Below are positions 26,025 through 37,894 of a stretch of DNA of 64,000 nt, in pieces (the first letter of the stretch is position 1; every line of letters starts with the position of its first letter). The notes under the pieces are model-generated. The model was not told where the DNA came from, ran no database searches, and saw only the letters and a program-made list of their open reading frames with translations. The DNA is taken from the NCBI GenBank assembly GCA_030264375.1, contig JASCQW010000043.1, forward strand, positions 70,274,960-70,338,959, given 5' to 3'. The DNA comes from Carcharhinus longimanus (lineage: Eukaryota). The position numbers were made by a program, and so were the translations under genes.

Positions 26025-26054
26025 TGTAAGAGGCAGACTGGGAAGCCCACGTAC
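26025..26054 (-). CDS. TLE1: 30-nt in-frame extension of exon 6 through an alternative 5' donor ([10 protein letters not shown])
   Basis: Read-through of the first donor gives GTACGTGGGCTTCCCAGTCTGCCTCTTACA, then a second donor gtgtgt. This resembles the VRGLP-type 10-aa insert of mammalian TLE long isoforms (recalled). Confidence 0.8.
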
Positions 26055-26129
26055 CCCGATGATGCTGTTCAACTCTGCCATGGTCACTTGCTTTGCGCGT
26101 TCCACAGCCTGTGCCACCTGTTGTTGGTG
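26055..26129 (-). CDS. TLE1: TLE exon 6 equivalent (end of Q domain), short form
   Basis: gag|CACCAACAA...ATCATCGGG|gtacgt, 75 nt, translating to [25 protein letters not shown]. It lies inside ORF 25893..26138. Confidence 0.95.
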
Positions 26130-27092
26130 CTCATTCACAGAAAGAAGATGCTTGTGTTAAATTGCTAATCTTTAACTAAATCTTAGTGCATTTAAAAACT
26201 GAAATATACATTAAGTTTACTTCATTTATCATTATATTAATGCTGTACTAAAATGAAAAATATGTCAAACTAGAAAAAAATTGAAAGTTATGCAGTGCCG
26301 CACATTAACGCCGATGTGCTGTGCCATAGATGCGCCAAGAGTAATCTCAGCAAAATGCTCATTCTGTCTGTGTGAGCCTCAACAATAAGTGTAAGCAGAG
26401 GCCTCAACTAAATCAGGTTGTATCATTATTTAACGACCATACATACCCAGCAGAGGTCACTGGATGGCGATCAGCAACAGGAACGCCAGCTTGTCCCTTT
26501 TTCATCACTCCTCCACTGAACAACTCATCACTAAGACTTTTTAAGGCCTATTGTAGCATTTGAGCAATATCCCAATTGAGATTGATTAATTCAGCACAGA
26601 CCAGGAATCAAAGTGGGAATGGTCTGTATAGTCATTCCACAGCAGGAAAGTGCATTCACATGTAATCGGGGATAAGGGTCATAGTGAAAAGAGGAGGGAA
26701 AGTCAACCAATTTTGGATATGATGTTCAAGGGATACAAATTAGTTCTTAACAGTTCTTTTTGGGCCATGGATGAGAATGAGAAATGAAGAACTACCATTT
26801 TTCATGAAAAATGATTGTAAATTTAAAAGGTGAAGTGTCATGTTTGCACAGTTCCGAGGAAAAACAATTAAACAAAGGCAAGTGCACAAAGCAAAAATCT
26901 GATGCTAGATACCTCAGTTTTACACTGCACATTAGGGCGTGAACTGCAATATTCAGCATATAACTTGCGTTTGAAAACATGCCTGCCCAAAACAGTAACA
27001 GGTATTCACAATAATCATCACTAATGTCAACTAACTTAAACACAGAACATAAATGGAAGTTAACAACTAAACAGTCCGATGAGTTGACTTAC

Positions 27093-27155
27093 TTCCTGAG
27101 ACAGAAAGGGAATCACTTGTGCACAAATTGTATTCAGCCGTTTCGCTATTTCTGT
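27093..27155 (-). CDS. TLE1: TLE exon 5 equivalent (Q domain)
   Basis: cag|ACAGAAATAGCG...TCTCAGGAA|gtaagt, 63 nt, phase 0/0, translating to TEIAKRLNTICAQVIPFLSQE. The 36,739-nt intron upstream joins it in frame to the exon at 63895-63939. Confidence 0.96.
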
Positions 27156-30114
27156 CTGGATAAGAAGATGACAATTGATTAATGACAAATTTCAGCATTC
27201 AGTTGTCAAACATCCAGTGAATAGTGAGATACGTTACAACACAGTGAATTATGTAACATATGTTTTTCAGTGATATTCCTCAGACAAACTCAAATCTTTC
27301 TGACCAATGCCAACACAGTGAAGCCAAACTGAACAGATCTCTTTTTGCATTCTAAACCAGAAAACAAAGTCATATAGCGCACTTTGAAAGTGTACAACTG
27401 CGCAATCACCATATGATGCCACCTTCAGTATTTTCTAGAGATGCTGTTGTATTTTGTGCCTCAGATGTGCAGAGATGTCACCAATCACTATTCTGAACAG
27501 GAATTTTATATACAGTGCTTTTAAAATTGCTTGTTCTCTTATGCTTACAGCTTCGTTTCTGGTTGCCAGCAATCATACTGAGGCTTGACAAACACAAGAA
27601 CAGTCAACAGGCACATACAATTGAACACAATAGCTGTGTTTGCTGTTTAGTTCATCATTCTTGATATTGAATATTATCACCTAGAAGTAGACACCACTCC
27701 ACCCATCATGGTGTGATTTCATCTGCAAAATTGATTTTACATGGAGTTTCTGAATCAATATTACAGAAGATGTAATCGGACCAGGATGCTATACAGTTTG
27801 ATCATTACTACCCGATTAAAATTCTACTGCTTTCGCAATGTAGGTCAAATTCTATTGCCTTTGTTGACTGGGGATGATTAGCGTCAAGTCTAACAAGGCC
27901 CAAAGGTTTCTTTCAATTTCTGCCTTAGCAATTCAACACCATTCATGCAGTGTGCATGATGCCCTTATATAGCACTTCGTCATTTCTGCTTACATACATA
28001 TATTGTTCCAATTCATTCTGTAATTTGAGCTGAATCCTTATAATTCCACTATTCCCCCAACACCACCCTACCCACCACAGCGTGATCACATCTGAAAAAT
28101 TGATTACTTCACATGAGTTTCTGAATCTATGTTACAGACGTAAATCTGAAACAACAGCAGTAACAACAGTCAACCTTTGAGCACTCCACTCAAAAACAAC
28201 GCAGGATGTTACACCCACATGTGGGAAACCAAAATCCAGCAGGGCCGTGCGAAATCAGTGCCGAGTTCAAACAAACCCCATTTTTGCTGCAGGAAGAGCT
28301 TAATCCTAAAGTGCATGAGTCATGAATTTTAAGAAGAAGTGTAATGCTCTTGAAGGGTAGACAGAACTGTCAAGCCTTCAAGTTATTTAAATTGCTTGCT
28401 TGTCTTTTAAACTTTGAACAATGAGCTGCCTGCTTATGTCAGAGAGTTGGACAAATATCTTCTAGCAGTTTCGATAGTGATTTGCTGACATAACCCTAAT
28501 ACTGTTATTTAGTGCTATTAATTCTTGATTGACAGCTCAAGGAGGCACTTAAAGGATTAGTTGTCTTTGATGTTGGGTTATGAATACAAATGTTTGATTT
28601 ATAAGGAAGTGCCTGAAGGGATTCACATGTATTGAATGGGCTTTCATGAATGGGACTTTTTTTAATATTGTGTAACCTGTAATAGATATGTAGTACTTTA
28701 TTTAAATTCAGCGTAACTCCCAAAGTCTGCCCATGATGAATAGGTTAGGCATGGAGGGCTTAAAGACAAAAAGGGTGGTGAATAGAGAGCATGAACTGAC
28801 ACCAAGTTACATTGGGCTATAAGAGCCATGGGTTGGCTCGAGTTGATATGTATGGGCATGTGGAATGTGTGGAAGGGTGGGTATAGAGGGCTTGGTACGT
28901 GTCTTGGCACAAAGTCCCAAGAGAACCAAGGTCAGCCTTTTGAAACTACTCACCTCAGCACTCAGCTGCTCATGTGTCCACCCCCAATCTGGATCTGCTG
29001 TATGTGGGCCTGATTAAACCTGCACCTGCCACCACCCCACAATGAAAATCCTACCATTTAGGACACATTTTCCCCTTGAGAGTTGTGGCAAGCCAGGAGG
29101 TCTCCTGGCTCTACACACCCATCTAGGGACCTAAAATCCAGGCCAGCAACTCTAATTGTGCAGCATTCACACCAAACTGCAGGAGTTCCAGCTAAAATTA
29201 TTTGCTCAAGTCTCTGGAGCTGAGCTCACAAACTAAACCCTACTAACTCAGTCACTCCAGTTTTTAATCAAAACACAACACAAACACAACTGTACAGACT
29301 TTGCATTTGAAAATTACCTTGCCAGAAAAACCACAAGTGTTGGGAACCAAATAAAACCTGAAAATACATAGAAACAATGGGTTAATGCTTTGGATAAAAT
29401 CCTTCATCAGAACGCAGTTCCATCAAAGGGTTATACCCGAAACATTAATCAATTATTCTTTTCTCTTCATGTCTATGGACTAGTTTAATGTGCATAACGT
29501 GCATTCAATTGGTTAAACAATAATCATAGCCCTACTCATGACTCAAATAAAGGCTGAGTGTAGTTTTATTTAGTATCCCAATACTATTTGACTTTGGGCC
29601 ATAATATTCAGTAACCCACATCAGTTACTGAAACAATAGTGTTACTGTAACAAGTGTTCTTTTTTAATTGATTAGCTTCACATCAGTAGTCCAAATAAAA
29701 TACTAATCCCTGATCTGATACAAGTAGGTGATATGGCTAAAGCTTGATTATTGATCAGTACCCAGCTGAATGACCTTTCTTGTTAAAGTGGTTGAGATCA
29801 CGCTTTTGGCCTCACTGCGAGTGAAAGAAAAATGGTAGCGCTCTTACTCGTGATCAATATCCAATGATGTCTGAACCATATCCACACCAGACATCAGGAG
29901 GTCAAATCACATTCAACTCAGATGCCATCCTACTACTCACCATCTCAGCTTTCATAGAATTACAGGCTTTATGAACTAAGTGTTAGCACAAATAGAACTA
30001 ATTTCCAAGAGGAATTGTTCTGTTTGCGAGAAGGTACAAAATGGACAGGAAAAGAAAATATCTTAATGCATGTACTTAAATGAACCAAACAATTTCATTA
30101 AGAACATGCTTTTG

Positions 30115-30290
30115 AAATTATACAACACTGCTCACATTTTCCAAGACATTCCAAAGTGTTCACAGCCAATGAATTACTTTTAATGTGCTATGTAGGAAAC
30201 ACAGCAGCCAATTTGTGCACAAGGTCTCTCAATCAGATGCTAGTATTGGTAGACGGGTAAAATGTTGGCCCAGACCCTGGAGAACTCCAA
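30115..30290 (-). mobile_element. DeuSINE (SacSINE1-like) Deu-domain and tail fragment
   Basis: ccaaagtgttcacagccaatgaattacttt...tgtaggaaacacagcagccaatttgtgcacaagg...aaatgttggcc..gaccctggagaactcc is the reverse complement of the recalled Deu core. Confidence 0.75.
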
Positions 30291-30889
30291 TCTAATCACT
30301 GCTTCCTTTATGTTGCATGATATTCACGAGTCAAGTCATGTTTATTCATCAAAACAGGAGAGAACTTTGTAATGAATACAATGATTGTAAGCTTGGCAAA
30401 TAAAAAATAATGTGGCAGAATCCAAGTTAAGAAGATGATCATTTTGTGACATGCGAACAGATTATCTGCATCCGCAAATCTGTTACAGTGCAAGTATGCT
30501 GCCAAAATGTTGTGAAACAATGCAATGCTCTTTAATGCCAAACTACTCAGAAACATCTCTTTTATAGCATCTTCAATTTATGTGGTGGTAAAGTACATGT
30601 TTCCCAAAAATTAAAATTGTTCCATAAGATCTCAATCAAATTTCACATTAGAAATGCAAAATTAACTCTGTGGCCGCATTTAAATCCAACAGTGGTGTCT
30701 ACAGATTTATCTACTTAGGGAATAAAAGAGGGTGTGGGAAAGCAGGAAGAGAAGCTCACGTAATCAAGGCAAAGCAGAAGCTGACTGCAGAATAGAAACT
30801 GGCCAGCTTAATCTACTTGAATGCAAAAAGGTGAAGAGTTTTCTGCTCTTCTTTAATGTCCTTCCAAAACAACGTATTGTTTAATGCCA

Positions 30890-31000
30890 GAATGTCAGAC
30901 AATGCAGCACTCCCTCAGCACTGCATCCAAGCATTAGCCTGGATCACGTATTCAAGTCCTGGCAACCTACAGGCTTGCTCAGAAGTGCCATCACTGAGTA
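30890..31000 (-). mobile_element. DeuSINE 5' fragment
   Basis: gacaatgcagcactccctcagcactgca...agcctggatcacgtattcaagtcctgg is the reverse complement of the SacSINE1-like head region. Confidence 0.65.
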
Positions 31001-31639
31001 AAAGAGGTTAATGATAGAAATAAATAATCAATGTCTATATAACCCCTAGTTCATTTACAATGACTGTGACGATGCCATTAAGTACTTGTTTGTTCCCCAT
31101 TACCGACAGATTCTTTAATGAGTTCAACGGACAAGGCAAGATAATCCATTACAAAACGTATCAACTAAATCCAAGGCCACCCTTTTTAAAAGATTCATAC
31201 TACACATCAAGAATTAAAAGAAAAAACATAAATTCTCCTCTTTATCATCTCAAAATGCTTCTTTCTTCAATATTTTTAAGTCACTTTTGCCACTGTGTAA
31301 AACCATTGTGCCAAAGGCAAGCTCCTGTAATTTTGCCATATAACTTCAGTAACGGAGTTCCAGTGTGCAGAGATTGCTTGTTTCTGCGTGCACTCAAACA
31401 CAACCAGGTCATTGTCAATTCCTTCTCCAAAGGTTAGGAGAAAATGGCACTAAACACCCATGAAACTAAGGTTCTCTTCTAAACAGCTCCCCCAGCAAGA
31501 CATGTCTCTCTATCAATTAAGATCAGGGCAAGTCCCTGGGAAGTGAGGATAATTCAGATATCTTGGGAGCCTCTTCCTGAAGGCAGACATAGGTGTTGAA
31601 ACATTGCCCCCAAAGTGGAAGCACGACCTTTGACTGACT

Positions 31640-32370
31640 GAGGAAAAGATAACCTGAGGACCGGAACCTCAAAATAAAGACTTCAGGTCATGGCTAACTG
31701 GGCAGAAGTGATCTATCTCCATGCTTCTAAATGCTTTAGAGACGTGAACAATCTACGACAGTCACCTCAAAGTACTGGAGAAGTATCACCAGCAGCGCCT
31801 TTGGAAGGTCTTCCAAATTTGGTGGCAGGTAAGATGATTCAACAGCAATGTTCTCTCCCAGGCCAACACAACAAGCAACAAGGTTCTATTCACTCAGAAC
31901 CAGCATCACTGGACAGGACATATTGTTGGCATGGCTGACACTAGACCCCCAAAGCAACTGCTCTACTCAAAACTTGGTTGTGCCATGAAACTCATAGGAC
32001 AACAGAAACACTTTATGGATGTCTGGAGATCATCCCTGCAGAGGTCAAACAACCCAGAAGGCTCTTGCAAGTTCCTGGCTTGTGCCTGACCAAAAAAGAG
32101 AAGATTCATTCGGGAAGGCAATAAACATAGACATGGAATTATAGGATTCCTACAGCGCAGAAGGAGGCCATTTGACTTAGAGTATGCGCCAACTCAACAA
32201 TCAAGAGGAGAGGTGAGGCTTGAAGCATAGTTCGGAAACCTCCTAACAACTCATCAACTCAACCCTTGAAGCACCACCTGCCCCATATGTGATAGTGCCT
32301 GCAAATCACAAATAAATCAGCACCTCAGAATCCACTGAATTGATTCAATCCCAAGGGACTGCCTAGGAAG
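31640..32370 (+). mobile_element. RTE-clade LINE 3' fragment
   Basis: Frameshifted motifs 'ET*TIYDSHLKVLEKYHQQRLWKVFQIWWQ', 'HHWTGHIVGMADTRPPKQLLYSKL' and a terminal CPICDSAC zinc-finger remnant. Confidence 0.8.
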
Positions 32371-32954
32371 TGGAATTTGTGCCATAAAAATAATTCTTAA
32401 AATGCACTAATTATAAAACAAAATTTAGCATTGACACAAATGAAGACTATGTACACAAGACTTTCATAAAAGTAAATGGGTTGGACTGAAATATAATCAG
32501 TACAATAGAAAGTGATAATGCAAATGACAGCTACACTCAACTGAGAGACAATTGCAAATGACTTTGTGAAGGATCAACAGCAAAACTCCAAGCTAAAGGT
32601 GGGAGGGAGAGAAAGGGCATTCATTTTAACTTTAGATATACCAATGAGATATTATAAGAACTTCAGATGTTGCTGTCAAGCTTCTGCTTTAAGTACAGAC
32701 TGAATCTGCCTGGAACAGTCTATATATTTCACCACAAAAAGAATCAAATCCATTGTTAAGTTTTGACAAACCACCAATGTCTTCTATATTGCTCACATCA
32801 ATGGATTCCATGTTGTTCCTATACAGGGACAATGATGGGAGAAAAAAAATCTCTAAAGGAAGCCCTGAAAAATTACCAATAGCTGATTTTTTAAATTTTC
32901 TGATCACAAACAGTAGTTTTGAAAAGTGCAACTTTTGTTTCATCCAAACCTGGA

Positions 32955-33160
32955 ACAGGATTTTCTGGCCTCCCTGCAGCGTGTTTCTCGTGGCAGGAGG
33001 CAGCATGCTATTGGCCAGTGGTGGGATCTTTGGTCTTGCTGCTGTCAGTGGAATTTCGTATCGACTCCACCACATGCCATTGGGAAACTTGCAGCAGAGG
33101 TGCACCACTGACAGGACCAGAAGATCCCGCTGGCATGGAACAACTAGGAAGTTCTGGCCT
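32955..33160. mobile_element. ~200-bp MITE (probable Harbinger-type), copy 1
   Basis: GC-rich, internally palindromic (gggatctttggtcttg ... caggaccagaagatccc), with imperfect TIRs. Collinear with 46262-46462. Confidence 0.7.
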
Positions 33161-33685
33161 AGATCTCCGTGATCATTACAAATGGATTCTATTCTACTGG
33201 AAACAAATCTCTGGATTAAAAAAACTGACGTCAACAGGCAATTTAGTAATCCCCGGCAATCTGCTCCACAGCCTTATAACGTCGCCCCACCTCCTGTCAT
33301 CCCCAATTTGTTTTGGGGCATGAGTGGCGCTGGAAAGATTGCGTTTATTGCCTTTTTGTCATAACCCAAGGACATCAAGAGTCAATAGTGCATTATGAGG
33401 TTGGAGTCAAATATAGGCCAAACCCTGGTGGCACATCTACTCCCTATAGGGCAACACTCCCTCAAAAATACTTCATCTGTGTAGCAAGGTCCCATGCAGG
33501 CTATGCAAAATTCAGCCCAACAATTTACAACAGGTATGTGGCTATGCAAAACAATTTGAAGGGACCTCATGTTTAAACAAATCACTGATGCATTCCAAAG
33601 AAAATAATTAGATGGTACATTGCCGTAGGACATTGTTGAGTCAGAAATCCAGCAGCTTTCATGGCCAATTTACTAATGTCACGCC

Positions 33686-34641
33686 ACAAACATGAGCCGA
33701 GCGCCATCTACCCAATGGGGGAAATTGCTCAACTATGTACTCTTCACAAAGATTGGAATAAATCCAACCCAGCCAACAACTGCCCTATTAGCCTACTTAT
33801 AATCATTAGTAAAGTTGAATTGTCAATAGTGCTATCAAGCACCATTTACTCATCAATAAACTGCTCACCAAGAATTAGTGCACTTCTTTTGCCAGTGATT
33901 AGGCAAAAGAAGGTTGGCAAACTTCAACTTCCCTCCAAGTGTCCCTTCTAAAGGGGTCAGCACAGGCTGAGGAGGGTGCACCTTCCCCACAGCAAGTTAC
34001 CCAAAGTAAAATTAGGCCCTCCAGGTCTCGATCCTCCAAAAGGACACCTGCCTAAGTCATCAAAAACAACAAGGGACAGCATTCAGCAGGTTTCCTCTTT
34101 CTTGGCAGCGGATGCCGGATATAGGAGTCGTGTTAAAAAGATCATAGATATCACTTCTGGTTCCTGGGTGTTTACTCACCATTTGTATCATTGCCTTTAT
34201 AAAAACTATTTGTTGTTTCTGAAAATGTTCCCGTTATTTGAGTGTGTTATTTATATGCATCTTTGTGTCCTCAACTGCGAGACTGACCTAAACTCCCACT
34301 CTGTGATTGCCTAGTTTTGTAAGCCTCACATTCATGTGATGTTCAGCTGGCTCATTTAAGTTAGCATGCCCAATGTGTATTGGTCAGGGAGATGTATCAA
34401 GCTCTTGATCGAAAGTGACTGCAAATTGTGTTACTTTGAAAATTCTGCACTAATTCTCAGTGAGCAGTTTATTGGTGAGTAAATGGTGCTTGATAGCACT
34501 ATTGACAATTCCACTTTACTAATGATTATGAGTAGGCTGATAGGGCAGTTGTTGGCTGGGTTGGATTTATTCTGATCTTTGTGAATGGTACATAGTTGAG
34601 CAATTTCCCCATTGGGTAGATGGTGCTCGGCTCATGTTTGT
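33686..34641. repeat. Inverted repeat: ~197-bp arms (33686-33882 and 34446-34641) with a 563-bp spacer
   Basis: Manual alignment gives about 11 substitutions and 1 indel (~94% identity). The arms derive from a decayed CR1 RT segment similar to 10683-10855. Confidence 0.95.
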
Positions 34642-35599
34642 TAATGAGATTTTAAGCTGAAGATCAGCAGGAGAACCTCACTTGCTGATCAGTAGGAAAC
34701 TTGCTGCTAATCCTGCTCAACACTATATATAGTCTCTGGAAGAGAAAATTTCATCCTTAGTCTGGGTTGTCAGCTCTAGACCTCATTACAACCTTGGTTG
34801 ATACATGGACGAAAATGCTGCATTCCAGTTACGAGAGGAGAGTGGGAGTTATTATATAATGAGGCAAGGTTAATTAATAACCATATAGTAAAAGATCCTC
34901 AGGAAGAACAGTCTTTATAGTACAACTGAATTCCATACCAAGCTTGAAAGTGACATGTGAGCCTCAAACATGAACCTTAAACTTAATTGAAATCAATGCA
35001 CTTAGAAAAATAATCAATTTGGGTATTACATTAGAGGGGAGCACAGAAGGTGGTGAATTCTTTCTCCTTAGGGCGTACTGCTTTTCAAACATCCAAATAT
35101 CCTAAATTCCTTGCATACAGATACTAATGTCTTTGTTGATTGGGTGGATTCCTCGTTTCGGAAAACTTACCCAAAGGATGTAGGTGGCAGTTGTCCGTTC
35201 CTTCAGGTAACAGATGTTCCTGCCCATTAAATAATTTGATGATGCTAATTCAGCAAAATTCATAAAGACTTCAGGTGATAAAATCTGGAGAATAATTTGG
35301 AGGGCCAAACACATTCATTATCAAAATACAGCATTTCTTTAATGATCACATACCTTCCCTTCACAGCTCAGATCTAAATAGCACTTTTTCATTGGTCAAA
35401 ATCACAACCCCTCAGCTGCCAGTTGACAGTGAGGGAGACTCACTCCCACTTCAATTTCAAAATGTTCTTCATCATCTTGATGAATTTCCTGCATCAAAGC
35501 TATATCAACATTTGCCTTTTTGAGAAGAGACATTTCTTTTCAATAAGATGGCATATCCCCCATGCATTCCACAAGCAGGATTTCAGTGTAGCTACTGAA

Positions 35600-36122
35600 C
35601 AAAGATAAGTACAGTACAGGAATAGGCCTTTCAACCTATGCTGATCTCGATTTCCTAAAAACCTTTTGCCCTTACTTGGATCATAACCCTCTACTCCCTC
35701 CCTATTCATGTACCCATCCAGATGCTTCTTAAATGTTGCTAAAGTTCCTGCTTCCACCACCTTCTCTGGCAGTGTTTTCCAGGCACCCACCACTCTCTGC
35801 GTGAAAAACTTCCTCTACACATCTCCCTTAGACTTTCCACCTCTCACCTTGAACCTATGCGCCCTTGTAATTGACACTTCCACCCTGGGAAAAAGCTTCT
35901 GACTATCCACCTTGTCTACGCCTCTTGTAATTCTACAGACCTCTGTCTTTCCAGTAAAAACAAACAAACAATCTTAATTTATTCAATCTCTCACTGTCCA
36001 CCCCCTTGAGACCAGAGAATATCCTGGTGAACCTTCTTTGCACTCTCTCCAAAGCTTCCACATCCTTCTGGTGGTGTGGTGACCAGAACTGCACACAATA
36101 CTCCAAATACTGCCTAACCAAA
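35600..36122 (-). mobile_element. CR1/HER1-like LINE 3' end
   Basis: ORFs 35933..36121 (VRQYLEYCVQFWSPHHQKDVEALERVQRRFTR) and 35500..35793 (VGAWKTLPEKVVEAGTLATFKKHLDGYM). Confidence 0.9.
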
Positions 36123-37894
36123 TAAGCTGCTATTACTTATTCAGTAAGAGAGGATGTGGGATATCAACATTAAGACATTGGCCTCTTACCTGACACATTT
36201 TCCTGTCCCACTTAGGTGTGCACCAAAATTTGCCTACCACATTCCCAGCTACACAGGAAGCGCCAGTGACAGGCGTTTTCCAGTAAACTAGACTCATCTG
36301 TCCCTTTACAGGAACACGAGTTATCAACTAATGATGCTTTAAGCCCAAAATAAAAAGAATGCACAAGAACTATTCCAAACCACAAAGCAGACAATCATAA
36401 ACCATGAACCCTTAGGGGGTTTTCCTCACTGAATGCGAGACCTTGATGAGCTATGCCAACATACCTTTCATAATTATACCAAAGAGTCTTTCCCTTCAAA
36501 AGAGAAATGCAATGTATTATAAAAAAGGAAGAGAACGAGGCACCCTCTCTGTAATCTAACATCACCTACCCACCTCCCAGCAGTGGCGCCACTCATATTT
36601 ATGACAGGAATGAAGGAAACCATAAGATGCACACGGCTATTATAAAAGTGTATATATAGAAAAGGATGAAGACTATTTCTCATTCATATAGTATATAATT
36701 CTTTAACTAGAAAGAACACACTGAATAATATTGTTCATTAAAAACATGCATGTGTTCCTGCCATTCCGAAGTGCAATATTCACTGTAGTGCTCAGTAACT
36801 AGACTATCCCTGTCAGAATAAGTACCAGCCCAGAATTAAAAACAATGAAATGGGACAAAGTCCAGACTTTGCAGTTAATAGCAATGTGTTACTAATGACA
36901 TTCAGCTGAGGGATCGAAATTGTTTCCCCCCAGAGTTCACAAAAGCCATGGTTTAGCTGGGCTATTGAATGCATTTGTGGTTTTTGAATATCACCCTCAG
37001 TAAGGTAGGATGCAGTAGGACATATTTTGCTCCAATGGCCTTCAGCTATCTTCTAACTTCATCAAAACCCTTGCGCCTTCATTGTTTCACTGCTGAAAAA
37101 TCTTGAAAGATTCATGCTCTACGATGGAGTGAAGGTCACGACTACATCTAGTTGCCTCCATCGCTTTTTTGGCAACCTTTGAAGTTATGACAATGTATAA
37201 TTATGGACTGAGGTTATTATTTGTCCACAGGCCTCAAAGCAAGCAAATGGCATGCCCTTGCTAATTTAATGCGCCGGCTTTCAGTTTTATGTTGAAAAAC
37301 CACAGTAGCCAGCTCTCAAAAAAATTTAACTGGGAGCTTGCCCTCAGCTCCTTTTGCAAGCTGATAATCAAAACAATTTTCCTCCAGCCTCAATTCTCTA
37401 GATTGTCTTGATGTTCTGACATATTGAGCAGTTCTTTCCAGGGATTGTAAATGGGTCTCTACCAAGAAAGATGCTTTTTCCACAGTAAAAATCTCTCCTC
37501 AGCTTTGTCAAACCCTTTACCAGTATTTTGCAGTTCTAGAGCATAAGCATTGATAATTTGCGCTATATGGATAGAGTTTCTCATCAATGACCATTGAAAT
37601 TGCTGAGTCACAAGCTATTCACCAAGTCACCATGTTGAAGAGTCAACACCACCCGAGTTGCCTCCAACTGCTCCTTTCGTCATTGGTTTTCATAATATTT
37701 TACAGAATTTTGTGAGAAACGTTTTGACCAAAAACCTTCCTGGGACATAATAGGGAGTTTTCACCACCAAATTAGTTAAGTACGAGTTATATGAGCACAA
37801 TAAATGAAAGGATTTCTGATTGAGTAGCACCAGAGCTGACAGGAAACACAGCTTACCACCCTCACACTTGCATCATGGTGACCATTACAAGTTT

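Noticed and set aside
25893-26138. 81-aa ORF as a standalone small Groucho-like gene
   Set aside because: It is exon 6 plus intronic read-through, and its start codon lies within the acceptor region.
27700-28145. Duplicated segment as a pair of intronic C/D snoRNAs
   Set aside because: The CTGA and TGAT-like boxes lie on the strand opposite the host transcript, with no proper RUGAUGA box or terminal stem.
32689-33364. Cluster of the longest ORFs (181, 139 and 134 aa) on both strands, as a possible nested gene
   Set aside because: It overlaps a GC-rich palindromic MITE that is poor in stop codons. There is no recognisable domain or splice structure.
36990-37770. Possible decayed DNA-transposase coding remnant on the minus strand
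   Set aside because: I could not recover diagnostic motifs by eye. A translated profile search is needed.
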